Shown: positions 1 to 10,384 of the stretch, piece by piece
Layout of the letters: every line of letters starts with the position of its first letter
Numbering within the stretch: the stretch's first letter is position 1
Assembly: GCA_045543615.1 (NCBI GenBank)
Contig: JAZPXL010000005.1
Location: 68,436-132,435 of the forward strand
Reading direction: 5' to 3'
Length of the DNA: 64,000 nucleotides
From: Eubacteriales bacterium
GTDB lineage: Bacteria > Bacillota > Clostridia > Oscillospirales > CAG-272
The notes under the pieces: generated by a model
The model's input: the letters and a program-made list of their open reading frames with translations, nothing else
Told to the model about the DNA's origin: nothing
The model's database searches: none
Made by a program: the position numbers and the translations under genes

Positions 1-2835
1 AATTGCAGAAACGACAACTGCAACACGGCGCAGCTTCGTTATTTCAGGCATTTGCCTTGTTATCTCTATGCTTCTGCCTCCTTTAAGCTTGCCTACGCAA
101 ACACTTGCGTACGGTACGGCATCCGAAAGCACAAAGCCGTCGGGGGACGCAAGATAATAATCAGCTTTGACCTCGCTCATAGTGCTGTCCGTCGGGTTTT
201 CAAGCTTTACTGTAACAGCTGTCGACTCGCTTGAGCTTTGCGACGCGCATCTGCGCATTTGTGAAAGCTTAATTTTGCTTCTCTTCTCTATCCAGATAGG
301 TGCTGTTACCGAATACTGACCTTCATTTGTAATGCGAAGATAATAATAATCAAACTCAGGTGGAAGTGTGATTTTATAACCAAAGCTCTTGCGTGCGCCA
401 ACATTCTTCTGCAGGACAACAATATTGTCCTCTGCCACTATTTCCAGCTTACCTATCCCAATATCATTTTCAGTAGAAATATTAATCTCGACAGAAAGCT
501 CGTCAGGGTTCTGAAGTCTCGCACCCATCCACTCACCGTTGATTGAGTAATATATCTTCATCGTAGGATCGGCAGTTGAGTAAGCTCTGCGCTCACGAAA
601 CGCATCCATAATATTCTCTCTTGTGAGTGCAGGAGCGATAACACCCGTGATATACGGACTTGCAGTTGTCCAGAATGGTCGGTGATTGTCCTCGTTGTAG
701 GTAGGCGCAACGTGCCATCCCTTTGAAAGCATAAGCGCATACTCACGGTCATAATTAGCACCCTTTATTTCAGCAAGTGCCATTGTGCTGTCCGCCGTGA
801 CTGTGTGGTACGCGTATTCCTCAAAGTCTCCCCAAGCAACACCGGGATGGTTGAACATTCCGACAGCATCACTCTCAGTGGCAAACCATCTGTAAAGCTC
901 AGGAAGTGTGATGTTGTTCATATTATTAATAATCTGTTTAGCACCGAGGATGTTGATATGTCCCCAATAGCCACAGGAATTGTTCCAGGTCATCTCCCAG
1001 CCATAAAGTGCAGCAAACGCACCGGGTACATTGTGGTAGTCTGCTATGCGCTTTTGTCTGCGATACTGTTCGGGAGTGATGTAATGCGAGTGGTCGGTGA
1101 CCGAGAAGAAATCAGCTCCATTATCTCTTGCGTAAGTGAGAGCATTTTCACAAAATCCCGTTCCATCGGACTCGCTTGTATGGGAATGTACCTCGCCGAA
1201 GTAGATGGATGGATGAGCCATATCGGATACCGAGAACTCTATTTTTCTTGTAGTTTTGTTGCCAAGCGAGTCTTTCAGGCAAAACTGAAGCAGATGTTGT
1301 CCTACATCAAATGGCTTTTTGGGGATATATTCAAAAGACTTTTCCGTCCAACTTGCCTTTCTTGTGACGTCAATTCCGTCGACAATTATATAGCATTCGC
1401 TGAGCCTCAGCCCCGACTTGTCGCAAAATTCGACCCTAACTGTTGTGTCTTTTCTGCCATCGTATGCATATCCACGTGTTGGAAGCATTTTTGTTATTCT
1501 CGGGCCACGGTTATCATAAACGGGAACGGAAAGGTTCTTGCTCTTGCACAAAGCTACATCCCTCGTTCCATCACTCGCTGTGATATAGTAGGAGAGTGTA
1601 TCAAGATTCTCAAATATCTCCTCGGGAAGAGTGGCTTTGCGTGTTCCCTCGTTTGTTTCTACTGCCTCAAGCTTGATTTGTTGTCCGTCGTCAAGCAGTA
1701 CATACACAAAAGTACCACATACATCCCTGTGAGGCTCGGTAGGAACAACTGCAAACTCAATTTCGCAGTCATACTCCCCGTGATAGCTCTCGCAAAGTGG
1801 AGAGAGTGGCAATATAACCGGGAGTGATGCTGTGGGATCAACATTTGCACTCTGCCAAACTGACGGATAACCGGGTGTTATAGGTGATGCGTGTGAATAG
1901 CGAACAGCCCTACGTGGTTCTCTGACATCAAAGCCCCACTCAGACGAACGCAAAACAGGTGTATCCCAGCTTGCGAACACATCGTTATATACAAGCGTGA
2001 AAACTCCTGCATCAGCATCCATTTCTCTTGGAACTAACACAAGTGTAGTTGGAGTGAATTTTTCGGGAAGTGCGCACACGCCTATTTTCAGCACACGCTT
2101 GCCGTTTTTTTCGTCAATTTCGGTATAGTCAACAGTAAAGCCGTTAACAATTGCCCGATCTATCGGAGCTTTTTCATATAAATACAGGCCGTTTACGCCC
2201 TCAATTATCTCGTCAACCGTGCATATAGGTTCGTCTTCAAAGTAAGCGGGTGTAAGTGGCCATACTGCTCCAAAGCTCGCTCCATCAAGAATGCTTACGC
2301 CCGGTGCATCTGCAAGCGGAAGCCTTGCAGACGGTTGCTTATCAATAGCACCATCGTATGCAGCAGTCTCAGGGAAGACCAGAATTTCAAAGTCAAACAA
2401 ATCAACACTCTTGTTTGTCGGATTGAAAAGCTCAATATAAGGAAACCTTCCCTTGCTTCTTGTTCTAACAAAAAATTCCGAAATCGCAAGAGGTGGAACA
2501 CCAACGCTATCGGGCGAGAGGACGTCACACTCAAAGACTTCTGTTTGCTCCTTGCCATCCTCTTGCTCTATTCTATACCGAATTTTGTCTCCTGTAACAT
2601 AGGACGGAGGTATTTCTGCACAATAAAGCTGATATGACACACCTTTTCGGTCATATCTGTCGTATGGAAGCATAACAAAACTGTGCTTATCGTCAAGCAC
2701 AACTCTAAGCTTCTCGGGGCAAACCTCACCAAAAGCACGGCAAGCTGCGCCGATCGGGACAGGACTGCCGGAGAGTACATATTGAGGTGATGCGTGAAGT
2801 ATTCTCGGTACTGAAGTAAAATATCTTTTGCCCAT
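1..2835 (-). CDS. PHP-domain (CehA/McbA-like) metallohydrolase with N-terminal lamin-tail-like region; partial, 3' end lies beyond the window edge
   Basis: Absent from the ORF track because it has no stop inside the window. My reverse-complement translation is open for all 945 codons from ATG 2835-2833 to base 1. AGGAG at 2846-2850 precedes the start. PHP motifs FGEVHSHTSESDGTG and FFSVTDHSH are present. All listed minus-strand ORFs in 1-2903 are in a different frame. Confidence 0.75.
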   Translation of the reverse strand, partial: MGKRYFTSVPRILHASPQYVLSGSPVPIGAACRAFGEVCPEKLRVVLDDKHSFVMLPYDRYDRKGVSYQLYCAEIPPSYVTGDKIRYRIEQEDGKEQTEVFECDVLSPDSVGVPPLAISEFFVRTRSKGRFPYIELFNPTNKSVDLFDFEILVFPETAAYDGAIDKQPSARLPLADAPGVSILDGASFGAVWPLTPAYFEDEPICTVDEIIEGVNGLYLYEKAPIDRAIVNGFTVDYTEIDEKNGKRVLKIGVCALPEKFTPTTLVLVPREMDADAGVFTLVYNDVFASWDTPVLRSSEWGFDVREPRRAVRYSHASPITPGYPSVWQSANVDPTASLPVILPLSPLCESYHGEYDCEIEFAVVPTEPHRDVCGTFVYVLLDDGQQIKLEAVETNEGTRKATLPEEIFENLDTLSYYITASDGTRDVALCKSKNLSVPVYDNRGPRITKMLPTRGYAYDGRKDTTVRVEFCDKSGLRLSECYIIVDGIDVTRKASWTEKSFEYIPKKPFDVGQHLLQFCLKDSLGNKTTRKIEFSVSDMAHPSIYFGEVHSHTSESDGTGFCENALTYARDNGADFFSVTDHSHYITPEQYRRQKRIADYHNVPGAFAALYGWEMTWNNSCGYWGHINILGAKQIINNMNNITLPELYRWFATESDAVGMFNHPGVAWGDFEEYAYHTVTADSTMALAEIKGANYDREYALMLSKGWHVAPTYNEDNHRPFWTTASPYITGVIAPALTRENIMDAFRERRAYSTADPTMKIYYSINGEWMGARLQNPDELSVEINISTENDIGIGKLEIVAEDNIVVLQKNVGARKSFGYKITLPPEFDYYYLRITNEGQYSVTAPIWIEKRSKIKLSQMRRCASQSSSESTAVTVKLENPTDSTMSEVKADYYLASPDGFVLSDAVPYASVCVGKLKGGRSIEITRQMPEITKLRRVAVVVSAI

Positions 2836-2874
2836 ATTATTTCTTCTCCTGATACCAAAATGTTATATACATAT

Positions 2875-2903
2875 ATTATACCATTATTTTGCGATTTCTG
2901 CAA
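2875..2903 (-). promoter_or_regulatory. sigma-A-type promoter for the PHP-domain gene
   Basis: Minus strand reads TTGCAG (2903-2898), 17-nt spacer, TGgTATAAT (-10 at 2880-2875), about 40 nt upstream of the ATG. Confidence 0.45.
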
Positions 2904-2928
2904 TATTATTTTCTTTCTTTTAAATAAT

Positions 2929-2956
2929 AAGGAATCGTCCTGCCGGACGATTCCTT
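2929..2956 (-). terminator. hairpin terminator downstream of ftsZ
   Basis: 12-bp stem aaggaatcgtcc / ggacgattcctt with a 4-nt loop, followed on the minus strand by a U-rich tract. It lies 20 nt after the ftsZ stop. Confidence 0.55.
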
Positions 2957-2975
2957 ATGTAGTATAAAAGTGTTA

Positions 2976-4223
2976 TTATCTGCGACCACGCTGACGAATG
3001 ATAGCCATAATATCATCAAAGCTATCGCCGGGGGCCTGATTATTACCGGGCTGGTTACGTGTCTGAGGCTGCGCAGGTGCAGGCGCGGGTGCAGGCGCAG
3101 GTGCAGGCGCAGGTGCGGGTGCAGGCGCAGGAGCGGGTGCAGGTGCGGGAGCAGGCGCGGGAGCGGGTGCAGGTGCGGGAGCGGGTCTTGCCGCAGGAGC
3201 AGGACGAGCATTACCGTGAGCCGCAGGGCGAGCAGCGTTTGAGCGTGTAGTCTCAGGCTCGCTTGAGGGGCTATCAAAACCTGTTGCAATGATCGTAATC
3301 TTCATCTCGTCCTCGAGATCGGAGTCGAACGCAACTCCCCAAATTACGTTTGCATCGGGATGAGCTTCTTCAGCAATCATAGTTGATGCGAGATCAGCAT
3401 CCTCAAGTCCTACATCAGGAGACATAGAAATGCTTACAAGAATGCCTGTTGCGCCCTTGATGGAGGTTTCGAGAAGAGGGCTGGAGATAGCTGCCTTTGC
3501 TGCGATCTCTGCCTTGTCCTTACCTGTTGCGCTACCAACGCCCATATGTGCGTAACCTGCGTCACGCATTACGGATGTAACGTCAGCGAAGTCAAGGTTG
3601 ATAAACCCGGGAACATTGATAAGCTCGGAGATGCTCTGTACGCCTCTTCTAAGCACATCATCGGCAATTTCAAATGCATTTTTAAGTGTTATGCGAGTTT
3701 CGGAAACCTGCTTGAGTCTCTCGTTGGGAATAATAACGAGGGAGTCAACATAGTTGCGAAGCTCTTCAATACCCTTTTCAGCCTGGAGCATACGGCGACG
3801 TCCTTCAAAGAGGAAGGGCTTTGTTACAATTGCAACTGTGAGAATATCCATTTCACGAGCAATTCTTGCTACAACGGGAGCTGCGCCTGTTCCGGTGCCA
3901 CCACCCATACCTGTTGCAATAAATACCATATCAGCACCGGCGAGAGCTGCTCTGATTTCCTCAGCATTTTCCTCTGCGGCACGCTGACCGATCTCGGGAT
4001 TAGCACCGGCTCCGTGTCCCTTTGTGATCTTTTCTCCAATCGGAATCTGGTTTGGCGAGTTAGAAGTGCGAAGTGCCTGACGATCGGTGTTGATCGCAAT
4101 AAATTCTACGCCTCTAATATTGGTAGAAATCATTCTGTTTACAGCGTTGTTACCGCCTCCGCCAACACCTACGACCTTTATGCTGACACCACTTTCAAGA
4201 ATATCATCGTGTTCAAATGCCAT
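2976..4223 (-). CDS. ftsZ: cell division GTPase FtsZ
   Basis: 415 aa with the tubulin signature [11 protein letters not shown] and N-terminal [17 protein letters not shown]. Position is at the end of the dcw cluster. AGGAG RBS present. Confidence 0.97.
   Translation of the reverse strand: MAFEHDDILESGVSIKVVGVGGGGNNAVNRMISTNIRGVEFIAINTDRQALRTSNSPNQIPIGEKITKGHGAGANPEIGQRAAEENAEEIRAALAGADMVFIATGMGGGTGTGAAPVVARIAREMDILTVAIVTKPFLFEGRRRMLQAEKGIEELRNYVDSLVIIPNERLKQVSETRITLKNAFEIADDVLRRGVQSISELINVPGFINLDFADVTSVMRDAGYAHMGVGSATGKDKAEIAAKAAISSPLLETSIKGATGILVSISMSPDVGLEDADLASTMIAEEAHPDANVIWGVAFDSDLEDEMKITIIATGFDSPSSEPETTRSNAARPAAHGNARPAPAARPAPAPAPAPAPAPAPAPAPAPAPAPAPAPAPAPAPAPAQPQTRNQPGNNQAPGDSFDDIMAIIRQRGRR
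3068..3210. repeat. imperfect hexanucleotide (GCAGGN) tandem repeat encoding the (Pro-Ala)n C-terminal linker of FtsZ
   Basis: The plus strand reads gcaggtgcaggcgcgggtgcaggc and so on. The translation gives about 20 consecutive PA dipeptides before the conserved C-terminal peptide [16 protein letters not shown]. Confidence 0.85.
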
Positions 4224-4398
4224 TTTTTCTATCTCCTTATTTTTTCAATCTTTTTTAAACGCCACAAGGGCCACACATATACATATATATATGATATATG
4301 TTTTTTTACTTTTTTTCAAGTCCTTTTAGGAAAAATTAATAATTTATTCGTAGTAATATTTTCCCACCGGTCTTTGCGTGCCGCAATTGCACAATTGC

Positions 4399-5406
4399 TC
4401 AATCTCTTGCTTCAATATCAAGCCTTGTCTCGTATTTTATTCCCGATTTTTGAGGAATTGTTACATCGATAATAGCGTACTCTGTCTTCCCGCCGTTCTC
4501 TTCAATAAGCTTGTTTACTATCTCGAATTTCAGCATATGCTCCTTGGGCGAACCCAATCGAACTCTAAATCGTCCGTCAACAGTAAAAACAATATTAAAC
4601 TTTTCTTCAAGGAAGATTTTATTGACTCTTGTCTTGAGCTTACTTTCGGAAAGCAGATTCAGAAACTCTGCAATATAGTCTGTATTAACATCTATATCAA
4701 ACTTCAAGCTATCTCCCACAATTGCGCTTGATGCTCGGGGAAGCTCGATATAAATAAGGTTTTCAAATGTTTTGCTCTCCTCGCTTCTCTCAAGCACACG
4801 CAAGCTCTCGCTCAATGCGTAATACTCGCCGGAAATCTTAGTGTATGCCACTGCTTTTGCCTCATCAAGCTCATATATGAGCTTGTTGGGAAACTCCACA
4901 TTGACCTTACAGCTTTCGATGTATGGAAGAGTCAGCACAGTCAGCTCTTCAATTACGTCCTTATCGAATACGGGCAAGCCATCTCCTATGGCAAGACCTC
5001 CTGCATCAAGGACTTCTTCGACCGAATAAAAATCACAACCGATTATCTCTACATCCGTTATAACAAGAGACGAAGAGACAAGCTTTGCTATTGGATATGA
5101 GAGCAAAAGCAGAAGTGCTACTGCAACTGAAACAAGCATCAGAACACGTGCTTTCTTTCGTCTTTCGGGATCATTTGCAACATTCTGTGCGCTCGTCTTC
5201 TGTCCTGCGTTGTCGAATATCAACTGCTCAGCATTCTCAGGGTAATGAGTCATCAGCCAACGCTCACGCTTACCACTCGGCATAACATAGCGATGGACGA
5301 ACTCTCCACTCTTGCCAACCTCTCTGCTTGAGGTGCGCTCGACGGTGTATTCGTGCTTTTTTTTCTTTCTCTTCATCCAAGCAAATGAGAATTTCTCTTT
5401 TCCCAT
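4399..5406 (-). CDS. ftsQ: cell division protein FtsQ/DivIB (POTRA domain)
   Basis: 335 aa with a basic N-terminus, one TM helix (VLMLVSVAVALLLLLSY) and a POTRA-like VTDVEIIGCDFYSVEEV. It sits between murG and ftsZ. GGAGG RBS present. Confidence 0.8.
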   Translation of the reverse strand: MGKEKFSFAWMKRKKKKHEYTVERTSSREVGKSGEFVHRYVMPSGKRERWLMTHYPENAEQLIFDNAGQKTSAQNVANDPERRKKARVLMLVSVAVALLLLLSYPIAKLVSSSLVITDVEIIGCDFYSVEEVLDAGGLAIGDGLPVFDKDVIEELTVLTLPYIESCKVNVEFPNKLIYELDEAKAVAYTKISGEYYALSESLRVLERSEESKTFENLIYIELPRASSAIVGDSLKFDIDVNTDYIAEFLNLLSESKLKTRVNKIFLEEKFNIVFTVDGRFRVRLGSPKEHMLKFEIVNKLIEENGGKTEYAIIDVTIPQKSGIKYETRLDIEARD

Positions 5407-5448
5407 ACAAGCGACCTCCTTTGTTTTTCTTTATATATGTTTTTGTCT

Positions 5449-6570
5449 TTATTTCTTTTTTGCTTCAATCAGGCGAAGCATTTCTTCGAATATCAGCTTA
5501 TTTGCATCGCCGGGCGAGAAATGACCGATGTTTGCCTCAAGCACGCCTCTCAGGCTCTCGTCGCCAAGAATACCTATAACTGTCTTACAAATAAGCTCGT
5601 CTGTAAGATCGCTCTCTTTAATAAGTATTGCGCAATCTCTGTCAGCAAGTGCCTTTGCGTTTTTATATTGCTGATCATCGGTTACATTCGGTGAGGGAAT
5701 GAGAATTGCTGCTTTCTTTTGTCTTGAAAGCTCCGATATTGTTATCGCTCCTGCACGGCTGATAATCAGATCTGCTGCCGCCATACGAATCGGCATATCG
5801 TAAATATACTCTTTAAGCTCAATACTCGGGTACTTATCAAGTCCCATCTCGCAAAAACGCTTATATGTTTCTTCATAACCGTCGCTGCCGGTTGCGTGTG
5901 TATAAAGCACATCGGGGTGCGCCTCTCCTATCTCCTTCATAAGTGAGAGAGCCATTTTGTTCATAGCGTCAGCACCGAGGCTACCACCAAACGAGACTAT
6001 ATAGTGCTTATATTTGCCAAAGAAGCCAAGTGTTTCTCGCGCATAATCTTTAGTAATCTCGCCAAACTCGCCAAGCATAGGGCAACCGACCTGCATTATC
6101 TTGTCTGTGCCACCAAGTACATCAGAGCTTATTGGGAAGTTGGTGAATATTCTGTCAACATAGGGAACAAGCTTTTTAACTGCAAGGCCGGGGATTGCAT
6201 TTGACTCGTGTACTGCTGTGGGTATTCCCATTTTTGATGCCGCAACAAGTATTGGCCAGCTTACGTATCCTCCTGTTCCAACCACTATGTCGGGCTTAAA
6301 CTCTTTGATTACCTTTTTCGCTCTCACGGGCGATACAAGTGCCAGATATAAAGAACGAATATTGTATAGTGAAAGGGATCGTCTGATACCTCTTACATCC
6401 ACGTGGTAAAGCTTATAACCAGCCTTTGGAACAAGTTGATTTTCAAGTCCACGAACCGTTCCCACAAAAGCTATCTCAGCATCGGGAATATTCTTTTTTA
6501 CTATGTTTGCAATAGCGAGTGCAGGATTTACGTGACCTCCCGTACCGCCACCTGTCATAAGGACTCGCAT
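5449..6570 (-). CDS. murG: UDP-N-acetylglucosamine-N-acetylmuramyl-pentapeptide pyrophosphoryl-undecaprenol GlcNAc transferase MurG
   Basis: N-terminus is MRVLMTGGGTGGHVNPALA. I chose the internal ATG at 6570 (AGGAG 11 nt upstream) because the track start at 6639 would overlap ftsW. Confidence 0.93.
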   Translation of the reverse strand: MRVLMTGGGTGGHVNPALAIANIVKKNIPDAEIAFVGTVRGLENQLVPKAGYKLYHVDVRGIRRSLSLYNIRSLYLALVSPVRAKKVIKEFKPDIVVGTGGYVSWPILVAASKMGIPTAVHESNAIPGLAVKKLVPYVDRIFTNFPISSDVLGGTDKIMQVGCPMLGEFGEITKDYARETLGFFGKYKHYIVSFGGSLGADAMNKMALSLMKEIGEAHPDVLYTHATGSDGYEETYKRFCEMGLDKYPSIELKEYIYDMPIRMAAADLIISRAGAITISELSRQKKAAILIPSPNVTDDQQYKNAKALADRDCAILIKESDLTDELICKTVIGILGDESLRGVLEANIGHFSPGDANKLIFEEMLRLIEAKKK

Positions 6571-6598
6571 AATATATGTCGCTCCTTTCGATTGTTGC

Positions 6599-7864
6599 TC
6601 ACGCCTTTTGAGTACAGAATCTCGACAGGCCGAGCACAAGTGCCATATCTATCATTTGTGTGATGGTGGCACTTCCTCCGCTACTGAAGAATGGAAGTGA
6701 TATACCCGTGTTCGGCAGTATTCCCGACACAACGCCTACATTTAAAATAACGTGAAGTGCAAGCTTGAAGGTGATGCCGAATATAACGAGGGATGTGAAT
6801 TTATCAGGTGCGTGAAGACCGACTACAACTCCTCTTGCAACTAAAACTGCAAAGAGAATGAGAATTGCAGTAGCTCCGACAAATCCGAGCTCCTCACACA
6901 CGATAGTGAAAACAAAGTCATTTTGTGGCTGTGAAACATAGCCGTATTTCAATCTCGACTCGCCAAGTCCAACTCCGAAGAGTCCACCTGAGGAAATTGC
7001 GTACAGACCTTGAGTTGACTGCCAGTTGTCCGTCAGCGCACCTGCGTCCTTATTGAGCCAGCTCTGCACTCTATCCATAGCGTAGTCAGTATTAATTATG
7101 GCAAGAACGACGGCTGCGGCAGGTACTAAATACAGAGTGAACCACCTGAATTTCATTCCGCCGAGAAAAAGCATTCCTATTCCTATGGCAGCGATAATGA
7201 TAACGCCTGAGAAATGTCTCTCGAATATAACGAGGATGCAGACAAGCCCAAATATCAGCGTTGGAATGAGAAAGCCGTGAAAGAATGAATGAAGATTGTT
7301 CTTTGATCTAACTGCCTCCTCGTTCTGCGTAAGGTAAAGTGCGATAAGAAGAATTATCGCAGTTTTTGCAAGCTCTGAGGGCTGAATTGTAAATAGTCCG
7401 AAGTCAAGCCATCTCTGTGCTCCACCACCCGTTCTACCAACTATGAGTACGGCGATGAGCAGGAGTATTGAGCCTCCGTAGAAGGCTATTGAGAAGAGCT
7501 TCATATTTCTCGGTCTTGAGAGAAAATAGATAACTGCCGAAACAACCCCACCGACCAGAAGGTGTTTGAGATGATTAGTAACGAAATAGAAGCCTGAAGA
7601 ATATTCCTCTTGTGCGTAGGCAGAGCCTGCGCTGAATGAAAGGATCGTGCCGAGGACAAGCAGAAGTGCGTAAGTGATAAGGAAGAAGGCGTCAGGGCGA
7701 GCCTTGACAACTATCTCTCCACTCTCCGTATGAGTTGTAATCATACTTGGGTCACGCTGGCTTACAAGCAGCTCAGATCTCTTTGACGGACGGCGTTTGC
7801 GAATTTTTCTGCTTGGATTGAGCTTGTCGTCTATTTTTTTGATCAAATCACCAAACCAAGCCAT
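6599..7864 (-). CDS. ftsW: SEDS-family peptidoglycan polymerase FtsW (or SpoVE-like)
   Basis: 421 aa and polytopic, with SEDS motifs (ELAKTAIILLIA, GLPFFSSGGSA-like LPFFSSGGS). Sits in dcw context. Confidence 0.9.
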   Translation of the reverse strand: MAWFGDLIKKIDDKLNPSRKIRKRRPSKRSELLVSQRDPSMITTHTESGEIVVKARPDAFFLITYALLLVLGTILSFSAGSAYAQEEYSSGFYFVTNHLKHLLVGGVVSAVIYFLSRPRNMKLFSIAFYGGSILLLIAVLIVGRTGGGAQRWLDFGLFTIQPSELAKTAIILLIALYLTQNEEAVRSKNNLHSFFHGFLIPTLIFGLVCILVIFERHFSGVIIIAAIGIGMLFLGGMKFRWFTLYLVPAAAVVLAIINTDYAMDRVQSWLNKDAGALTDNWQSTQGLYAISSGGLFGVGLGESRLKYGYVSQPQNDFVFTIVCEELGFVGATAILILFAVLVARGVVVGLHAPDKFTSLVIFGITFKLALHVILNVGVVSGILPNTGISLPFFSSGGSATITQMIDMALVLGLSRFCTQKA

Positions 7865-7900
7865 CTTCTGTCCTCTCCGTATTTGTTATACTTTTTTATG

Positions 7901-8905
7901 TTAAAGTCCGAAATAAGCCAATACGCAAGCTATCACGGTGATGGATGTGAACACCGCAACGATTTTTATCTCACTCCAACCACATTTTTCAAAATGGTGG
8001 TGGATGGGAGCCATTTTAAATATTCTCTTGCCGTGCGTCAGCTTGAAGTAACCTACCTGGATAATGTCGGAGGCAACCTCGATAATGTAAATAATTCCGG
8101 CTACAAGAATTATAAGTGGCTCGTTTATGAGGAACGCCATACCAATGACAAGACCACCGATATAGAGCGAACCTGTATCACCCATAAAAATCTTTGCGGG
8201 ATAGAAATTATACATCAGAAAGCCTATTGTTCCACCGATGAGCGTTGCAGGAAGCACAGCAAGATTTGGTGCTTCGTATGCAAATGCCACAACTGCAAAG
8301 AATGCGCCCACAACAGCACTAACGCTACTGCAAAGACCATCGATGCCGTCTGTAAGGTTAACTGCATTTGACATACCTGCTACAAGGAGGATGGCTATTA
8401 CATAGTATACGATGCCAAGCTCGATTTCAATATCGAAATACGGAATTTCAAGCGTTGTATCAATAAATCCACAGCTGCTCATAGCCCATACATAAGCTGC
8501 AGCCACAAGAATTTGAAGAGCAAGCTTCTGCCAAGCCCTAAATCCCTGATTTTGTTTCTTTACGAGCTTTGTGTAATCGTCAAAGAAGCCGATCATCGCA
8601 CAAAGCAGAGCCATTACAAGTGTAAGTGCCGGTGCAAGCAGTTCTTCAAGTCTACCAAAGTAGAGGTAGACGCCACCGAGGGCGAGAAAAGCTACAACAG
8701 TTGAGATGATAAATCCAAGGCCACCCATTATAGGAGTGCCTTCCTTGCCCTTGTGCCAACGAGGGCCTATGTCGTATATCTTTTGACCAAGCTTCTTGCT
8801 CTTCAAATATGGAATGAGACGGCGCAGTATCAGAAATGTCAGAAGAAATACGCCGACTAAAACTGACGCAAACTCAATAAGCATACGACTCTTTAATGGA
8901 TCCAT
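7901..8905 (-). CDS. mraY: phospho-N-acetylmuramoyl-pentapeptide transferase MraY
   Basis: 334 aa with motifs GTPIMGG, NAVNLTDGIDGL and APIHHHFE. Confidence 0.96.
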   Translation of the reverse strand: MDPLKSRMLIEFASVLVGVFLLTFLILRRLIPYLKSKKLGQKIYDIGPRWHKGKEGTPIMGGLGFIISTVVAFLALGGVYLYFGRLEELLAPALTLVMALLCAMIGFFDDYTKLVKKQNQGFRAWQKLALQILVAAAYVWAMSSCGFIDTTLEIPYFDIEIELGIVYYVIAILLVAGMSNAVNLTDGIDGLCSSVSAVVGAFFAVVAFAYEAPNLAVLPATLIGGTIGFLMYNFYPAKIFMGDTGSLYIGGLVIGMAFLINEPLIILVAGIIYIIEVASDIIQVGYFKLTHGKRIFKMAPIHHHFEKCGWSEIKIVAVFTSITVIACVLAYFGL

Positions 8906-8924
8906 TTATATTTGTCCTTCCTAC

Positions 8925-10352
8925 TCAATCGTTAAACAAGAGCCTAAGCTCTTCCACTATTCTTTCGGCTGCAATCATTCTGCTCGCCTTAAATAGAATA
9001 GTGTCCCCCTCCACGCTTATCTCACAGAGCCTTTCTGCTACTGCACGGGGGTTAGAGATGTCGGCAAAATACTCGACCTTATCGTCTCCGATATAAGCCT
9101 TAGCTCCTCTTCCTATTGCCTCAGCACGACTACCAAATGCTAAAAGTGCGTCAACACCTATCTTTCCGAAAGCCTCGCCAACCCCATAATGAAGCGACTC
9201 ACTACTCTCGCCAAGCTCAAGCATATCGCCAAGTACAGCTATCTTTCGTCCACCACGCATCCTTGACACTTCGTCAAGCACCGTAGACGAAGCTTTCATT
9301 GACTCCGGACTTGCGTTATAGCAGTCACAGATAATATGTCTTCCACCGATTTCAAGCATCAACTGACGAAGCCCAACGCTTCTGTATGACGCCAGTCCTC
9401 GTCTTATTGCATCCTCGTCAAGTCCGAGTGTGGTTGCGATGCCGACGGCCACAAGAGCAGCTGCAACGTTATGCTTGCCAACACACGGAATTTCAAGATC
9501 ATAAATCATCTTTCCTCTGCAAAAAGCATCAAAAGTGATTCCTGCATTATCGGTGCGAATGTTAAGTGCGTAATAATCCGATGCTTTATCATCGGGTGAG
9601 AAATATCTTACATTTTTGCGTGTTTTGAACACCTTTGAGAGAAGAGGTTCGTTTCCACAGAGGAAGAGATAGCCGTCATCGCTAAGTCCCTTCGTTATAT
9701 CAAGCTTTTCCTTTGCGATATTCTCTCTTGAACCAAGATATTCTATGTGGGAGGTGCCTATTCTTGTTATAACTGCGTAGTCGGGGCAAGCAGTTCTCGA
9801 GAGCATCTCTGTCTCGCCCGGCTTGTTCATACCCATTTCGATTACTGCATAATCTGCATCGTCGGGAATTGTGAGAAGTGAGAGAGGAAGTCCTATTACG
9901 CTGTTGTAATTTCCTTGTGTCCTCCAGACCTTTCCTGATGTACCAAGTACAGATGCTATAAATTCCTTTGTTGTGGTCTTGCCGACGCTTCCCGTAACGC
10001 CGATGCGCACAGCTCGGGTAGTCTTTGAATACTCCCTGCCAAGACGGCTGAGAGCAGTTAGCATATCGTCAACGATAATAATCGGGAAATCATATACATC
10101 ATCAGGGATGCGCGTACAAATTGCGCAAACAGAACCGTGTGCAGCAGCCGTTGAAACAAATTTGTGTCCGTCGACCTTCTCGCCACAGATGGCGATGAAT
10201 GCGCCACCTCCACCTGCTTCTCTTGAGTCTGTGCAAACGGAGGCGACAGGCGTTGAGAGAACGCTTCCCTCAAAGCTTCCACCTATACGACCGCCACAAA
10301 GCGTGGCAAGTTCTGTTATGCTCGGAATTTTATTTGCAAATTCTACCTTCAT
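8925..10352 (-). CDS. murF: UDP-MurNAc-tripeptide--D-alanyl-D-alanine ligase MurF
   Basis: 475 aa with the Mur ligase P-loop GVTGSVGKTTTKE. Position is between murE and mraY. Confidence 0.93.
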   Translation of the reverse strand: MKVEFANKIPSITELATLCGGRIGGSFEGSVLSTPVASVCTDSREAGGGGAFIAICGEKVDGHKFVSTAAAHGSVCAICTRIPDDVYDFPIIIVDDMLTALSRLGREYSKTTRAVRIGVTGSVGKTTTKEFIASVLGTSGKVWRTQGNYNSVIGLPLSLLTIPDDADYAVIEMGMNKPGETEMLSRTACPDYAVITRIGTSHIEYLGSRENIAKEKLDITKGLSDDGYLFLCGNEPLLSKVFKTRKNVRYFSPDDKASDYYALNIRTDNAGITFDAFCRGKMIYDLEIPCVGKHNVAAALVAVGIATTLGLDEDAIRRGLASYRSVGLRQLMLEIGGRHIICDCYNASPESMKASSTVLDEVSRMRGGRKIAVLGDMLELGESSESLHYGVGEAFGKIGVDALLAFGSRAEAIGRGAKAYIGDDKVEYFADISNPRAVAERLCEISVEGDTILFKASRMIAAERIVEELRLLFND

Positions 10353-10384
10353 TTTTCTACCTATCGGCTTTAAGCCTTATATCT

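Noticed and set aside
805-1827. 340-aa plus-strand ORF, the longest listed at the left end
   Set aside because: It is entirely antisense to the 945-codon PHP-domain ORF. It starts at GTG with no RBS. It has an odd Cys/Ile/Phe-rich composition and no motifs.
2906-3289. Three overlapping ORFs rich in RCR, PHL or VQA repeats (2906..3289, 2970..3242, 3059..3250)
   Set aside because: They are alternative-frame and antisense readings of the GC-rich hexamer repeat that encodes the FtsZ (PA)n linker.
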